A DNA stretch of 64,000 bases from Vulcanimicrobiota bacterium (GCA_963812135.1 CAWETU010000001.1:800001-864000), one strand, 5' to 3'. Counted from the first letter of the stretch, positions 10,786 to 20,392 are shown. A program made the numbers and translations. Notes: generated from the sequence alone by a model not told the origin.

Positions 10786-12075
10786 ATGGCCCACACAACC
10801 GGCGCCGCGTCCCACCGGATCGTGATCCTCGGCGGAGGATTCGGCGGTCTCTATGCGGCGATGGCGTTGCAACGCGCGGCGCGCCATCGGCCCGACATCG
10901 ACATCACGTTGATCGCGCGCGAAAATTTCTTCTTGTTCACGCCGATGCTGCCCCAGGCGGCCACGAGCAGCATCGACACCAACCACGTCGCGGTGAGTCT
11001 CCGCCGCGTGCTGCCGAGGGTACGAGTCTTGGAGGCGGAGATCGACGCGATCGACTTGGCGGCGCACACGGTGGCGATCACGCATGGCGACGGCCATCCG
11101 CATAGCGTAGGTTGGGACCAACTCGTGATCGCGGTCGGCGGCGACCCGAATTTCTTCGGCCTACCCGGGGTCGCCGAGTATGCGCTGACGATCCGCACGC
11201 TCGTGGACGCGGTCGTGCTGCGCAACCGCGTCATCGACATGCTCGAACAAGCCGAGCTCGAAGACGATCCAGCAGTGCGCAAGCGCCTGCTGACCGTCGT
11301 CGTCGCGGGCGCCGGGTTCGCCGGGATCGAGACCGCTGCGGAGATGGACCTGTACATGCGCACGGCGGCGAAGACGTATCGCAACGTCAAGCCGTCGGAA
11401 GTCACGACGATCGTGCTCGACTTGCGCAACAGCATCTTGCCCGAGCTGTCGCCGCAGCTGGGTATGTGGACGCAGCGCGCGCTCGAGAAGCGCGGCGTGC
11501 AATTCCGGCTGGGCATCGGCGTGAAATCCGCCGACGCGCAGGGCGTCACATTGGCGGATGGCACGCGCATCGATACGCAGGTGTTCGTCTGGGCGGGTGG
11601 CGTTTCGGCAAATCCGCTCGTGGCCGCGCTGCCATGGGCGACCGAACACGGCCGAGTGCCGGTCGACCCGAATCTGGCTGTTCCCGGCTACCCTGGCGTG
11701 TGGGCAGTGGGCGACGCGGCGGTCGTGACGCCGCCCGGTGGCGGGCCCCCGTATCCGCCGACCGCGCAACACGCGCTGCGCGAGGGCATACACGTCGCCC
11801 GCAACGTGATGGCGGCGATCGATGGGAAACCGCTGCGGCCGTTCGCCTATACCACCATTGGCCAGATGGCGCATCTGGGCGAGCGCCAAGCGGTGGTCAT
11901 GCTCGGCGGCCTGAAGATATCGGGGTTCCCGGCGTGGTGGCTGTGGCGCACGTACTACTTGTTCCGCATCCCGACGCTGGAGCGCAAGATACGTGTCGCC
12001 ATCGACTGGACGCTGGACCTGCTCTTCTCGCGCGATACCGTGCAGATGAAGCTGCCACCTGGAAAAAGCGGATAG
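10786..12075 (+). CDS. ndh: Type II NADH dehydrogenase / FAD-dependent pyridine nucleotide oxidoreductase
   Basis: GGGFGG and GAGFAGIE Rossmann motifs, LFTPML, WAVGDAA, PPTAQHA, amphipathic C-terminus. Confidence 0.85.
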   Translation: MAHTTGAASHRIVILGGGFGGLYAAMALQRAARHRPDIDITLIARENFFLFTPMLPQAATSSIDTNHVAVSLRRVLPRVRVLEAEIDAIDLAAHTVAITHGDGHPHSVGWDQLVIAVGGDPNFFGLPGVAEYALTIRTLVDAVVLRNRVIDMLEQAELEDDPAVRKRLLTVVVAGAGFAGIETAAEMDLYMRTAAKTYRNVKPSEVTTIVLDLRNSILPELSPQLGMWTQRALEKRGVQFRLGIGVKSADAQGVTLADGTRIDTQVFVWAGGVSANPLVAALPWATEHGRVPVDPNLAVPGYPGVWAVGDAAVVTPPGGGPPYPPTAQHALREGIHVARNVMAAIDGKPLRPFAYTTIGQMAHLGERQAVVMLGGLKISGFPAWWLWRTYYLFRIPTLERKIRVAIDWTLDLLFSRDTVQMKLPPGKSG

Positions 12076-12110
12076 ATATGGGACGCCGGGTCGACTACGA
12101 TAAGGGCATC

Positions 12111-12938
12111 ATGAAGAACAACAACGATGTCGTCGTCGTGCAGCGCGCGTGCCGCGTCCTTGAATCGGATTTCGAAGCGATGCCCACGCTGCGCCAGCTG
12201 GCCAACGAACTCGGCGTGCCGCCGGCGCGCTTGCACCGTGCGTTCAAGCGGATCGCGGGCGTATCGCCTCGCCAATACGGCCAAGAACAGCGCCTCGCAA
12301 AACTCAAAGCTCGCTTGCGCGATGGCGAACCGGTCAGCCGCGCGATCTACGACGCGGGCTTCGGTTCGAGTCGCAGTGTGTACGAGCGGGCGCGCGAAGA
12401 TTTTGGGATGACGCCGGCGCTGTATCGGCGCGGCGGTGATGGGATGCGTATCGGCTACGAGATCGTGTCGTCGCCGCTCGGACGTCTGCTGGTCGGCGCG
12501 ACCGACACGGGCGTCAGCTCCGTGTGCATCGGCGATTCGGACCGCGCGCTCGAGCGCGCGCTGCGCGACGAGTATCCCGCGGCGAGCATCGAGCGCGGCG
12601 GACCGAACCTGAAGCGATTCGTCGAAGCGATCATCGACTATCTCAAGGGCGATCAACCGCACCTCGATCTGCCGATCGACATCCAGGCGACCGCGTTCCG
12701 GCGCCGCGTGTGGCAGGCCTTGCGCGACATCCCGTACGGTCAGACGCGGACATACGGCCAGATCGCAACGGCGATCGGCGAACCGAAGGCGGCGCGTGCT
12801 GTCGGCCAGGCGTGCGGTGCGAACCCCGTCGCGCTGGTGATCCCGTGCCACCGCGCGGTGCGCGGGGATGGCGCGAGCGGTGGCTATCGCTGGGGTCCGA
12901 AGCGCAAGCAGAAACTGCTCGCGCAAGAGCGCGCCTGA
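12111..12938 (+). CDS. ada: AraC-HTH plus methylated-DNA--protein-cysteine methyltransferase (Ada-like, lacking the N-terminal Zn domain)
   Basis: HTH_AraC (LHRAFKRIAGVSPRQY; AIYDAGFGSS), IPYGQTRTY, ARAVGQAC, active site IPCHR; alternative start 12078. Confidence 0.85.
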   Translation: MKNNNDVVVVQRACRVLESDFEAMPTLRQLANELGVPPARLHRAFKRIAGVSPRQYGQEQRLAKLKARLRDGEPVSRAIYDAGFGSSRSVYERAREDFGMTPALYRRGGDGMRIGYEIVSSPLGRLLVGATDTGVSSVCIGDSDRALERALRDEYPAASIERGGPNLKRFVEAIIDYLKGDQPHLDLPIDIQATAFRRRVWQALRDIPYGQTRTYGQIATAIGEPKAARAVGQACGANPVALVIPCHRAVRGDGASGGYRWGPKRKQKLLAQERA

Positions 12939-12944
12939 CGCAAA

Positions 12945-12974
12945 CGTAGGACCCGGCTTCGCTCGGGTCCTACG
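12945..12974. repeat. GTAG-type palindrome, family B; probable terminator between convergent genes
   Basis: CGTAGGACCCG-GCTTCGCT-CGGGTCCTACG, 11-bp perfect stem. Confidence 0.65.
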
Positions 12975-13364
12975 CTATTCAGGCCAGTTGCCTGACTTGA
13001 TCCGCGGCAGCCCTTTGACATCGCGATTATAGAGATAGACCCACGCCGATATCGTCGTGGCTTCTTTATCAAGCACCGCCTGCTTCACGACACGGACGTA
13101 CAGGCTGTTTTCAGGATTCTGCGGATCGTATTCCTCGATCTCGTCGAGCAGCTCGAGCGCGACCGCGATGTCTGGAAAGCGGTAGAGCTCGCCGTGGACG
13201 CTGCCATCGCCATCCACCATGCCTGGATACTCGCCGACCGAGTAGAGCGCGCCGCGCACGGTCGCATCGCCGATAAAGGTTCCTTGCGCGCAGTAATGGT
13301 TCAGCGCGAAACCCCGTTTCAGCAAACCGTAGACGAAGACGCAATCGCCGCCGTCGCCGGACAT
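12975..13364 (-). CDS. Gamma-glutamylcyclotransferase (AIG2/YtfP-like) family protein
   Basis: VFVYGLLKRG, YPGMV, VHGELY, LDEIEEY, AWVYLYN motifs. Confidence 0.9.
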   Translation of the reverse strand: MSGDGGDCVFVYGLLKRGFALNHYCAQGTFIGDATVRGALYSVGEYPGMVDGDGSVHGELYRFPDIAVALELLDEIEEYDPQNPENSLYVRVVKQAVLDKEATTISAWVYLYNRDVKGLPRIKSGNWPE

Positions 13365-13437
13365 TCCAGCCAAGGAAGCACCCTCCCGTGCACGAAGCCA
13401 GGCATAACCTGCTACGGAGTTCTTTCACCCGCCTGCC

Positions 13438-14487
13438 ATGATCATCCGCGCCGACCGCCTCACTAAGCAATTCAAAACCCTGCGCCGCAAGGAGGGCGCG
13501 CTTGGCGCGCTCGCGACGCTGTTCTCGCGCGACTACGAGGTCAAAGACGCGGTCCGCGACGTCAGCTTCGAACTCGACAAGGGCGAGCTCGTGGGTTACA
13601 TCGGCCCCAACGGCGCCGGCAAGTCCACCACGATCAAGATGCTCACCGGGATCCTCGTGCCTACCAGCGGCGCGTGCACGGTCAATGGCATCGTGCCATG
13701 GGCTGATCGCCAAGGCAACGGCAAACAGATCGGCGTCGTCTTCGGACAACGCACGCAACTGTATTGGGATCTGCCGCTGATCGAGTCGTTCCGACTGCTG
13801 CGCGCCATCTACGATATTCCCGCGCCGATGTACGAACGCAATCTCAAAGAGTTCACCGAACTGCTCGGCCTCGACGAATTCATCCGTACGCCGGTGCGCC
13901 AGCTGAGTCTCGGCCAGCGCATGCGCGGCGATTTCGCGGCCGCCATGCTCCACGAACCCAAAGTCGTGTTCCTCGACGAGCCGACGATCGGCCTGGACGT
14001 CGTCGCGAAGGAGAACATCCGCCAGTTCATCGCGCGCGTCAACCGCGAGCGCGGCACGACGTTCATCCTCACGACCCACGACCTCGCCGACATCGAGAAA
14101 CTGTGCGCCCGCATCATCCTCATCGACCACGGCCACAAGCTGTACGACGGCAGCGTCGAGACGATCAAGCAGCGCTACGGCCGCAATCGCACGCTCACCG
14201 CCGATTTGGCGTGCGAGAACTGCGACGGCATCCAGATCTCGATCCGCGGCGCGACCGTCGTGGCGCGCGAGGGCCCGCGCATCGTCATCGAATTCAACCG
14301 CGATGTCGTGCGCGCCGATGAGCTGGTCGTCGAATTGACCAAGTATGCAGAGCTCGTCGACGTCACCATCGCCGAACCGCCGCTCGAGACGATCATCCGC
14401 GGCATCTATCAACACGGTTTCGAGCCCGGCGAAGGCGGCGCGCCGCCGGACTTCGCCCTGCCGAGCGAGATCAAGGTAGCGCCATGA
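13438..14487 (+). CDS. ABC transporter ATP-binding protein
   Basis: Walker A GPNGAGKST, signature LSLGQRMR, Walker B VFLDEPT, H-loop TTHD. Confidence 0.95.
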   Translation: MIIRADRLTKQFKTLRRKEGALGALATLFSRDYEVKDAVRDVSFELDKGELVGYIGPNGAGKSTTIKMLTGILVPTSGACTVNGIVPWADRQGNGKQIGVVFGQRTQLYWDLPLIESFRLLRAIYDIPAPMYERNLKEFTELLGLDEFIRTPVRQLSLGQRMRGDFAAAMLHEPKVVFLDEPTIGLDVVAKENIRQFIARVNRERGTTFILTTHDLADIEKLCARIILIDHGHKLYDGSVETIKQRYGRNRTLTADLACENCDGIQISIRGATVVAREGPRIVIEFNRDVVRADELVVELTKYAELVDVTIAEPPLETIIRGIYQHGFEPGEGGAPPDFALPSEIKVAP

Positions 14488-15569
14488 GCGGATCGCCGCG
14501 CTTGCGCGAATTGCTGCTCGTCGTGGCGCTGTGCATCGCTGCGGCGCTGCCCGCCTCCGGCGCGGCTGAGATCGGCAGCGAAGCCGGCGTGCAAGTCGAT
14601 CTCAACAAGGGCGTGTGGGTGCACGGCCCCGATCTTCCGTCGGCGCGCCAAGACGCCGCCGTCGCCGTGATGGGCGGGCGCATCTACGTCGCTGGCGGTT
14701 TCGGTCCGCACGATGAACAGATGGCGACCTTGCTGGTGCTCGAGCCGACCTTTCCATCACCCGAGGCCAGACCCGATGTCGCGGGCCCGATCATCTCGCG
14801 GCCGGGTGAATGGCATGCCGCGGCCACAATGCCCGAGCCGGTGGATCACGCGGCTGCCGCAGGCATGGGCGGATATCTCTACGTCGCAGGCGGCCGGATC
14901 GAAGATCTGGTCACGAACAAGTTCTGGCGCTACGATCCGATCGAAGATGTGTGGACTGAGATGCCGTCGATGCCGTACCCGCGTTACGGCCCGATGCTGC
15001 AGGCGGTCGGCGGGAAGCTCTATCTCTTGGGCGGGCAGTCGTCGCACGGTAACGATGAGACGAGTCTGATGATCTTCGACCCTGCGACCAATCAGTGGCG
15101 TTCGGAAGAGTACGCGCTCGGCAACGAGCGTTTCATGGCGGCATCGATCGTCCTCAACAACAAGATCTATGTCGTCGGCGGCCGCGGACGCGAAGAAGTC
15201 AACTATCGCTCTTGCGATATCTACGATCCGGCGCATGACCGCTGGAGCACGTGCAGCAGCCTTCACGAAGGACGCTCCGACTTCGGCCTGGCGGTCGTCA
15301 ACAGCCGGCTGATGGCGATCGGCGGCGAGAATGTGCTCAACGACACCAACACGCAGACGACCGAGATTTCCGCGACGGACGGCACCGGCTGGATGAGCGG
15401 CCCCTGGCTCCCGAGCCCGCGCCACGGCATGGCGGTGGCCACGCTCGGCAATCAGATCTGGGTGATCGGCGGTTCGCCCTACATCGGCACCGGCCCGACG
15501 CCGACCGTGTTGCGCTACGTCAGCCCCGTCACGAAGATCAAATTCAAAGGGCGCGTCCCCGCGCACTGA
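14484..15569 (+). CDS. Secreted Kelch-repeat beta-propeller protein
   Basis: Signal peptide; six Kelch-like repeats (IYVAGG, LYVAGG, LYLLGG, IYVVGG, LMAIGG, IWVIGG) with YDP...W. Confidence 0.9.
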   Translation: MSGSPRLRELLLVVALCIAAALPASGAAEIGSEAGVQVDLNKGVWVHGPDLPSARQDAAVAVMGGRIYVAGGFGPHDEQMATLLVLEPTFPSPEARPDVAGPIISRPGEWHAAATMPEPVDHAAAAGMGGYLYVAGGRIEDLVTNKFWRYDPIEDVWTEMPSMPYPRYGPMLQAVGGKLYLLGGQSSHGNDETSLMIFDPATNQWRSEEYALGNERFMAASIVLNNKIYVVGGRGREEVNYRSCDIYDPAHDRWSTCSSLHEGRSDFGLAVVNSRLMAIGGENVLNDTNTQTTEISATDGTGWMSGPWLPSPRHGMAVATLGNQIWVIGGSPYIGTGPTPTVLRYVSPVTKIKFKGRVPAH

Positions 15570-16378
15570 TGGCACGCGCGGCCTACGTCGAGTTCGCGAA
15601 GGTCGCATTTTCCCGGGAAGCGACGTACCGCGAAGAGGTCTTCACGCACATCGGCTCGATCGCGCTGCGCGTCTATCTGTTCTACGCGCTGTGGAGCGCG
15701 CTGTACGCGAACAACGGGCCGAGCCAAGGGTTCTCGTTTCAAGACATCATCACGTACGCGACGCTGTCGCTGCTCATCGGGCTGATCTACAACGTCCAAG
15801 GCCCCTACGTGGTGCGCGAGAAGATCCGCGAAGGCAACATCGCGATCGACCTCATGCGACCGATCAGCGTGCCGTGGTACGTCTTCGCCGACACGGTCGG
15901 CCAAGCCGGGTTCGCGCTTGCGCAGATCATCGTGGCGTTGCCGATCGCGATCGGCTTGCTCGCGCTCACCGGCACGCACTTGAGCCTGCCGCCGTCGCCG
16001 CTGATGGCGCTCGCCTTTCTCGTGAGCGTCATCCTCGGCTTTCTCGTCAACTTCTTCCTCGATCTGCTGATGGCGACCATCACGTTCTGGACGATGGAGA
16101 TCTTCGGCTTCCAGCTGATGGTGCAATTCATCACCTCGCTGCTCGCGGGAGCGTACGTACCGATCCAATTCTTCCCGGATTGGATCAAGCCGTTTGCGCT
16201 CGCGTCGCCCTTTGCGGCCATCTACAACGCGCCATTGTCGATTTACCTCGGCAAGTATCAGGGACAGGAGCTGCTGGCGACACTGGGCTTGCAAGTCTTC
16301 TGGGTCATCATCTTCGCCGTCGGTTCGCTTGCGCTGTGGCGCGTGGGCGAGCGGCGCGTGCTGGTGCAAGGTGGCTAG
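15569..16378 (+). CDS. ABC-2 family transporter permease
   Basis: TGATG coupling; multiple TM helices; IREGNIAIDLMRP motif. Confidence 0.9.
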   Translation: MARAAYVEFAKVAFSREATYREEVFTHIGSIALRVYLFYALWSALYANNGPSQGFSFQDIITYATLSLLIGLIYNVQGPYVVREKIREGNIAIDLMRPISVPWYVFADTVGQAGFALAQIIVALPIAIGLLALTGTHLSLPPSPLMALAFLVSVILGFLVNFFLDLLMATITFWTMEIFGFQLMVQFITSLLAGAYVPIQFFPDWIKPFALASPFAAIYNAPLSIYLGKYQGQELLATLGLQVFWVIIFAVGSLALWRVGERRVLVQGG

Positions 16379-17186
16379 CCTCGCGCCGTACTGGCGCACG
16401 TACAAAGAGTTCTGGCGCCTCAACTTCCTGACGTTGGCCGAATACCGCGCCAATTTCTTCGTCTGGCTCGTCTTCACGCTCGTGCTGCACGGCTCGGCGG
16501 TCGCCACGATCTGGTTGACGATGCAGCGCTTTCCGAGCATGAACGGCTGGACGTGGCAGCAAGTCGTTTTTCTGTACGCGCTCTACTGGCTCGCATCGTC
16601 GCTCAACGGCACGTTTTTCTTCACCATCGGCGACGTGCCGTATCACATCCGCGAAGGTAGATTCGACCGTTTCCTGGTGAGGCCGCTCGACCCGCTCTTC
16701 CAAATCATCTCGCAGCCGGGCCAGATCTGGCCGGACGAACTCGTCGTCGCGATCATCTTCTTCGCCGTCGTGCAAGGCCTGGTGCACGTCCAATGGACGC
16801 TCGCAACCGTCGTGTTGCTGCTCGGCGCGATGATCGGCGGCGCGTTGATCGACTTCGCGATCCAGCTCGCCGTCGCGACGCTCGCGTTCTGGGTGATCCG
16901 GCTCGACACGCTGCGCTGGGTCGTCATGTCGCTCGAGACCGATTTCACACGCTATCCGCTGTCGATCTACAATCGCGGCGTGCGCTTCGTGCTCTCGTTC
17001 ATCTTCCCGTTCGCCTTCATCAACTATTTCCCGGCGGCGACGGTGCTTCACAAAAGCGTCGAGGGACAATACCACATCAATCCGGTGTTCGGATGGCTCA
17101 CGCCGCTTGTCGGGCTGGTCTGGTTCGGCGCGGCGTACTTGTTCTGGCGGCGCGGACTGGACCATCACCAGAGCACCGGCTCATGA
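16371..17186 (+). CDS. ABC-2 family transporter permease (second subunit)
   Basis: GTG start overlapping the previous stop; IREGRFDRFLVRPLDP and YPLSIY motifs; TM helices. Confidence 0.9.
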   Translation: MASLAPYWRTYKEFWRLNFLTLAEYRANFFVWLVFTLVLHGSAVATIWLTMQRFPSMNGWTWQQVVFLYALYWLASSLNGTFFFTIGDVPYHIREGRFDRFLVRPLDPLFQIISQPGQIWPDELVVAIIFFAVVQGLVHVQWTLATVVLLLGAMIGGALIDFAIQLAVATLAFWVIRLDTLRWVVMSLETDFTRYPLSIYNRGVRFVLSFIFPFAFINYFPAATVLHKSVEGQYHINPVFGWLTPLVGLVWFGAAYLFWRRGLDHHQSTGS

Positions 17187-17199
17187 GCTATGCGCGGCG

Positions 17200-17406
17200 C
17201 TAGGCGCGGAACCGATCCATCAGCCGGCGGAAGTAGCTCTGCCGGGGTGACTCGCCGCTTTGGGGCCACAATGTGAGCCCGCACATGAAGCATGCGAACT
17301 CGCACTCGCTATATCCGAGGATAGGATAGGCGTAGCGCCGGCGCTCCATCCCGGGCGCGCGGCATTTGGGGCAATGGCTGAGTGCGATGGTAAGGTCGGC
17401 GATCAC
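17200..17406 (-). CDS. Small zinc-ribbon-like protein
   Basis: CPKC...CFMC pair in 68 aa; fills the intergenic gap. Confidence 0.55.
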   Translation of the reverse strand: MIADLTIALSHCPKCRAPGMERRRYAYPILGYSECEFACFMCGLTLWPQSGESPRQSYFRRLMDRFRA

Positions 17407-17481
17407 GGCCGCACACTACAAGCGACACGAGTGTGATTCCTTGGAAAATGAGCCGGATGCCATCGCGAAGAACGGACGCCT

Positions 17482-17904
17482 ATGGATTTGACCAAAGGAT
17501 TCCCGCGTAGTCCACGCGAGAAGCTTGGTGGCATTGCTATGTTTCCGCGCACGATCGACAAAGCGCGCGCGCACATGGCAGGCACATTGGGTGAATATAT
17601 CTACGACTGTCCGATGGATCGCGAACTGTTCGAAACGCTCGGCTGCAACGCGGAAGAGTTCGAACAAGCGGTGCGCGTGTCCGCAACCGACGGCGAAGTG
17701 CTCGATCTGCTGGTCCAAAAGCGCATCCCGGACGACAAGCTCGCCTCACATAACAATCGTATCAATACTTGGACGCCCTCCACGCCGGATGGCTGGGACC
17801 GTTTCAAGGCAGAACTGCAGACGATCGGCGGCGGCAACCCCAAGATCAAGTCTCGCACGGACTTGATCGACTTCGAAGAGGGACGATTCCCGGGCGCGAC
17901 GTGA
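17482..17904 (+). CDS. DUF5069-like protein
   Basis: PRSPREKLGG...PRTIDKARA...GEYIYDCPMD pattern; C-terminal LIDFEEGR. Confidence 0.8.
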   Translation: MDLTKGFPRSPREKLGGIAMFPRTIDKARAHMAGTLGEYIYDCPMDRELFETLGCNAEEFEQAVRVSATDGEVLDLLVQKRIPDDKLASHNNRINTWTPSTPDGWDRFKAELQTIGGGNPKIKSRTDLIDFEEGRFPGAT

Positions 17905-18000
17905 CCCGTGAGCACATCCTTTGAAAATATGACTCAGACGAAGCGCGATCCGCCCGCGCCCTTGACGCCTGCCATATTTCGCGTGATGGTGTGGCTCAAG

Positions 18001-18127
18001 AGGGCCGAGTTAGCGGCCTGTGGGGAGGGGCGCCGGGTTGCCGGACCTCAAAGATCCACGAAGCGCACTAGCGCCGGGGCGGACCCGGTCCACGCGGCTT
18101 CGGCTGCGTGAGGGTGCACGCAACGAG
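18001..18127 (+). promoter_or_regulatory. Structured 5' leader of the tryptophanase gene (candidate cis-regulatory RNA)
   Basis: About five consecutive hairpins, the last (CACGCGGC-TTCG-GCTGCGTG) abutting the putative RBS. Confidence 0.4.
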
Positions 18128-19540
18128 ATGACCTTCAAGACGATCATCGAGCCGTTCCGCATCAAGACCGTCGAACCGATCAAGATGACGACCCGGCCGC
18201 AACGCGAGCGATTGCTCGAAGCGGCCGGATATAATCCATTTCTGCTGCCCGCGCAAGACGTCATCATCGATCTGCTCACCGACAGTGGCACTGGCGCGAT
18301 GAGCGCCGAGCAGTGGGCCGCGCTGATGCGCGGCGACGAATCATATGCCGGCGCGCGATCGTATTACCGCTTCGCCGACGCCGTGCGCGAGGTGTTCGGA
18401 TTCACGCACGTCTTACCGACGCATCAAGGCCGCGCCGCCGAACGCATCTTGTTCTCGACGGTGTGCAAAGCAGGCGACGTCGTCCCCAACAACACCCATT
18501 TTGACACGACGCGCGCCAACATCGAGGCGACCGGCGCGCAAGCGATCGACTTGCCGATCCGCGAGGGCCTCGAACCCGCGACGTTTCATCCGTTCAAGGG
18601 CAATATGGACGTCGACGCGCTTGAGGCATTGATCGCCGAGACAGGCGCCGCGCGCATACCGCTCGTGATGATCACCGTCACCAACAATTCGGGCGGCGGC
18701 CAGCCGGTCTCGATGGCCAACATCAAAGCGGTCAGCGCGGTGTGCCGCACGCACGGGCTGCCGCTGTACATCGACGCATGCCGCTTCGCCGAGAATTGCT
18801 GGTTCATCCGCGAGCGCGAAGAGGGGTACGCCGACCGCGCCGTCGCCGACATCGCGCGCGAACTCTTCTCGTACGCGGACGGCTGCACGATGTCGGCCAA
18901 GAAAGATGGGCTCGTCAACATCGGCGGATTCTTGGCGACCAACGACGACGCGCTCGCCCGGCAAGAGGCGACGCTGCTGATCCTCACCGAGGGTTTTCCG
19001 ACCTATGGCGGCTTAGCGGGCCGCGACTTGGAAGCCATCGCCGTCGGGCTGCGTGAAGTGCTCGAGCACGACTATCTCCACTATCGCATCGCATCGACCG
19101 CCTACCTCGGCCGGCATTTCACCGAACTCGGCGTGCCGATCGTGCAGCCGCCGGGCGGCCACGCGATCTACATCGATGCCGCGGCGCTGCTCGGCCACAT
19201 CCCGCAATCGCAATATCCGGGTCAAGCGCTGCTCGCCGAGCTGTACGTGACGGGCGGCATCCGCGCGGTCGAGATCGGCAGCGTGATGTTCGGCAAGACC
19301 GATCCCGCAACCGGGCAGGAGCTGCTCGCGGCGATGGAGCTTGTGCGTCTCGCGATCCCGCGCCGCGTCTACACGCAGAGCCACATCGACTACGTCATCG
19401 AGGTGATGGCTGACGTCTACGAACGGCGCGCCACGATCAAAGGTCTCGACATCGTATGGCAGGCGCCGCCGCTGCGCCATTTCACCGCTCGCTTCGAACC
19501 GGCGAAGCACCGCCCGCGCGCGACGGCCTCGCGGTCGTAG
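18128..19540 (+). CDS. tnaA: Tryptophanase (tryptophan indole-lyase)
   Basis: EPFRIK, IDLLTDSGT, THQGRAAE; PLP-lysine MSAKKD and LRHFTARF (tryptophanase-type rather than TPL MSGKKD/LRFFT). Confidence 0.9.
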   Translation: MTFKTIIEPFRIKTVEPIKMTTRPQRERLLEAAGYNPFLLPAQDVIIDLLTDSGTGAMSAEQWAALMRGDESYAGARSYYRFADAVREVFGFTHVLPTHQGRAAERILFSTVCKAGDVVPNNTHFDTTRANIEATGAQAIDLPIREGLEPATFHPFKGNMDVDALEALIAETGAARIPLVMITVTNNSGGGQPVSMANIKAVSAVCRTHGLPLYIDACRFAENCWFIREREEGYADRAVADIARELFSYADGCTMSAKKDGLVNIGGFLATNDDALARQEATLLILTEGFPTYGGLAGRDLEAIAVGLREVLEHDYLHYRIASTAYLGRHFTELGVPIVQPPGGHAIYIDAAALLGHIPQSQYPGQALLAELYVTGGIRAVEIGSVMFGKTDPATGQELLAAMELVRLAIPRRVYTQSHIDYVIEVMADVYERRATIKGLDIVWQAPPLRHFTARFEPAKHRPRATASRS

Positions 19541-19544
19541 ACGC

Positions 19545-19985
19545 ATGCCGGCCAAGGGCATCGATCCGAAGGATATTCCGGAGCGCTTTCGGCGCATCTT
19601 CACCGAGAATCCCATCATCGATCACTTCGACCTTGAGGTGATCAGCTATGGCGACGGGATGTCCGTGCTGCGCTTTCCTTACAAGGAGATCTTCACGCAG
19701 TACCAGGGCGCCGTCCAAGGCGGCATCATCGCGGCGTACGCCGATGCGGCGATCGCAGTCGCGATGCTCTCCATCATTCCGGAAGGGCGCGATATGGTCA
19801 CGACAGATCTCCATGTGCAATATCTGCGGCCCGTAGTCTCTGGGCCGATCACCGCCCGCGCGGACGTGGTGCATCGCGGCAACACGTTGCTGCTCGGCAC
19901 GGCCGTCGTCGAAAACGAGGCGGGCGCGATTTGTGCGCGCTGCAGCGCGACCTACATGGTCGTCAGTCCGCGGGGGCTCACCTGA
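19545..19985 (+). CDS. PaaI-family hotdog thioesterase
   Basis: GAVQGGIIAAYAD, TTDLHVQYLRP motifs. Confidence 0.85.
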   Translation: MPAKGIDPKDIPERFRRIFTENPIIDHFDLEVISYGDGMSVLRFPYKEIFTQYQGAVQGGIIAAYADAAIAVAMLSIIPEGRDMVTTDLHVQYLRPVVSGPITARADVVHRGNTLLLGTAVVENEAGAICARCSATYMVVSPRGLT

Positions 19986-20392
19986 TGCGGTTCCACATCG
20001 ACGAGCCCGTCCGGTGGAGCGATGTGGATGCGGCAGGGGTCGTCTACTTCGGCACGTTCGTCCGTTTTTTTGAAGTCGCGGAAGAGGAGCTGTTCCGCGC
20101 CGCCGGCATGCCGTACGGCATCGTCTTCGATCGATTCGACTGCTGGCTGCCGCGCGTCCGCTACTCGTGCGAGTTCCGCGCGCCCGCGCGGCTCGGCGAG
20201 ATGATGCACGTGTGTGCGGGCGTGCGCCGGCTCGGCGATAAATCCATCACCCTTGGCTTCACGATCGACCGTCAGGATGGCGTGCGCGTCGCCGATTGTG
20301 AGATCGTGTTGGTATGTGTGGACCGTCAGACGTGGAAGGGCAAGTCGGTACCCGAGGGTTTGCGCGCGGCGCTCGCGCCGTTCAGCGAGTGA
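19985..20392 (+). CDS. YbgC/4HBT-family acyl-CoA thioesterase
   Basis: VRWSDVDAAGVVYF motif; TGATG coupling with the previous gene. Confidence 0.85.
   Translation: MRFHIDEPVRWSDVDAAGVVYFGTFVRFFEVAEEELFRAAGMPYGIVFDRFDCWLPRVRYSCEFRAPARLGEMMHVCAGVRRLGDKSITLGFTIDRQDGVRVADCEIVLVCVDRQTWKGKSVPEGLRAALAPFSE

Noticed and set aside
17986..18111. TnaC or T-box assignment for the tnaA leader
   Set aside because: No W12/D16/P24-stop pattern and no UGGNACC T-box bulge
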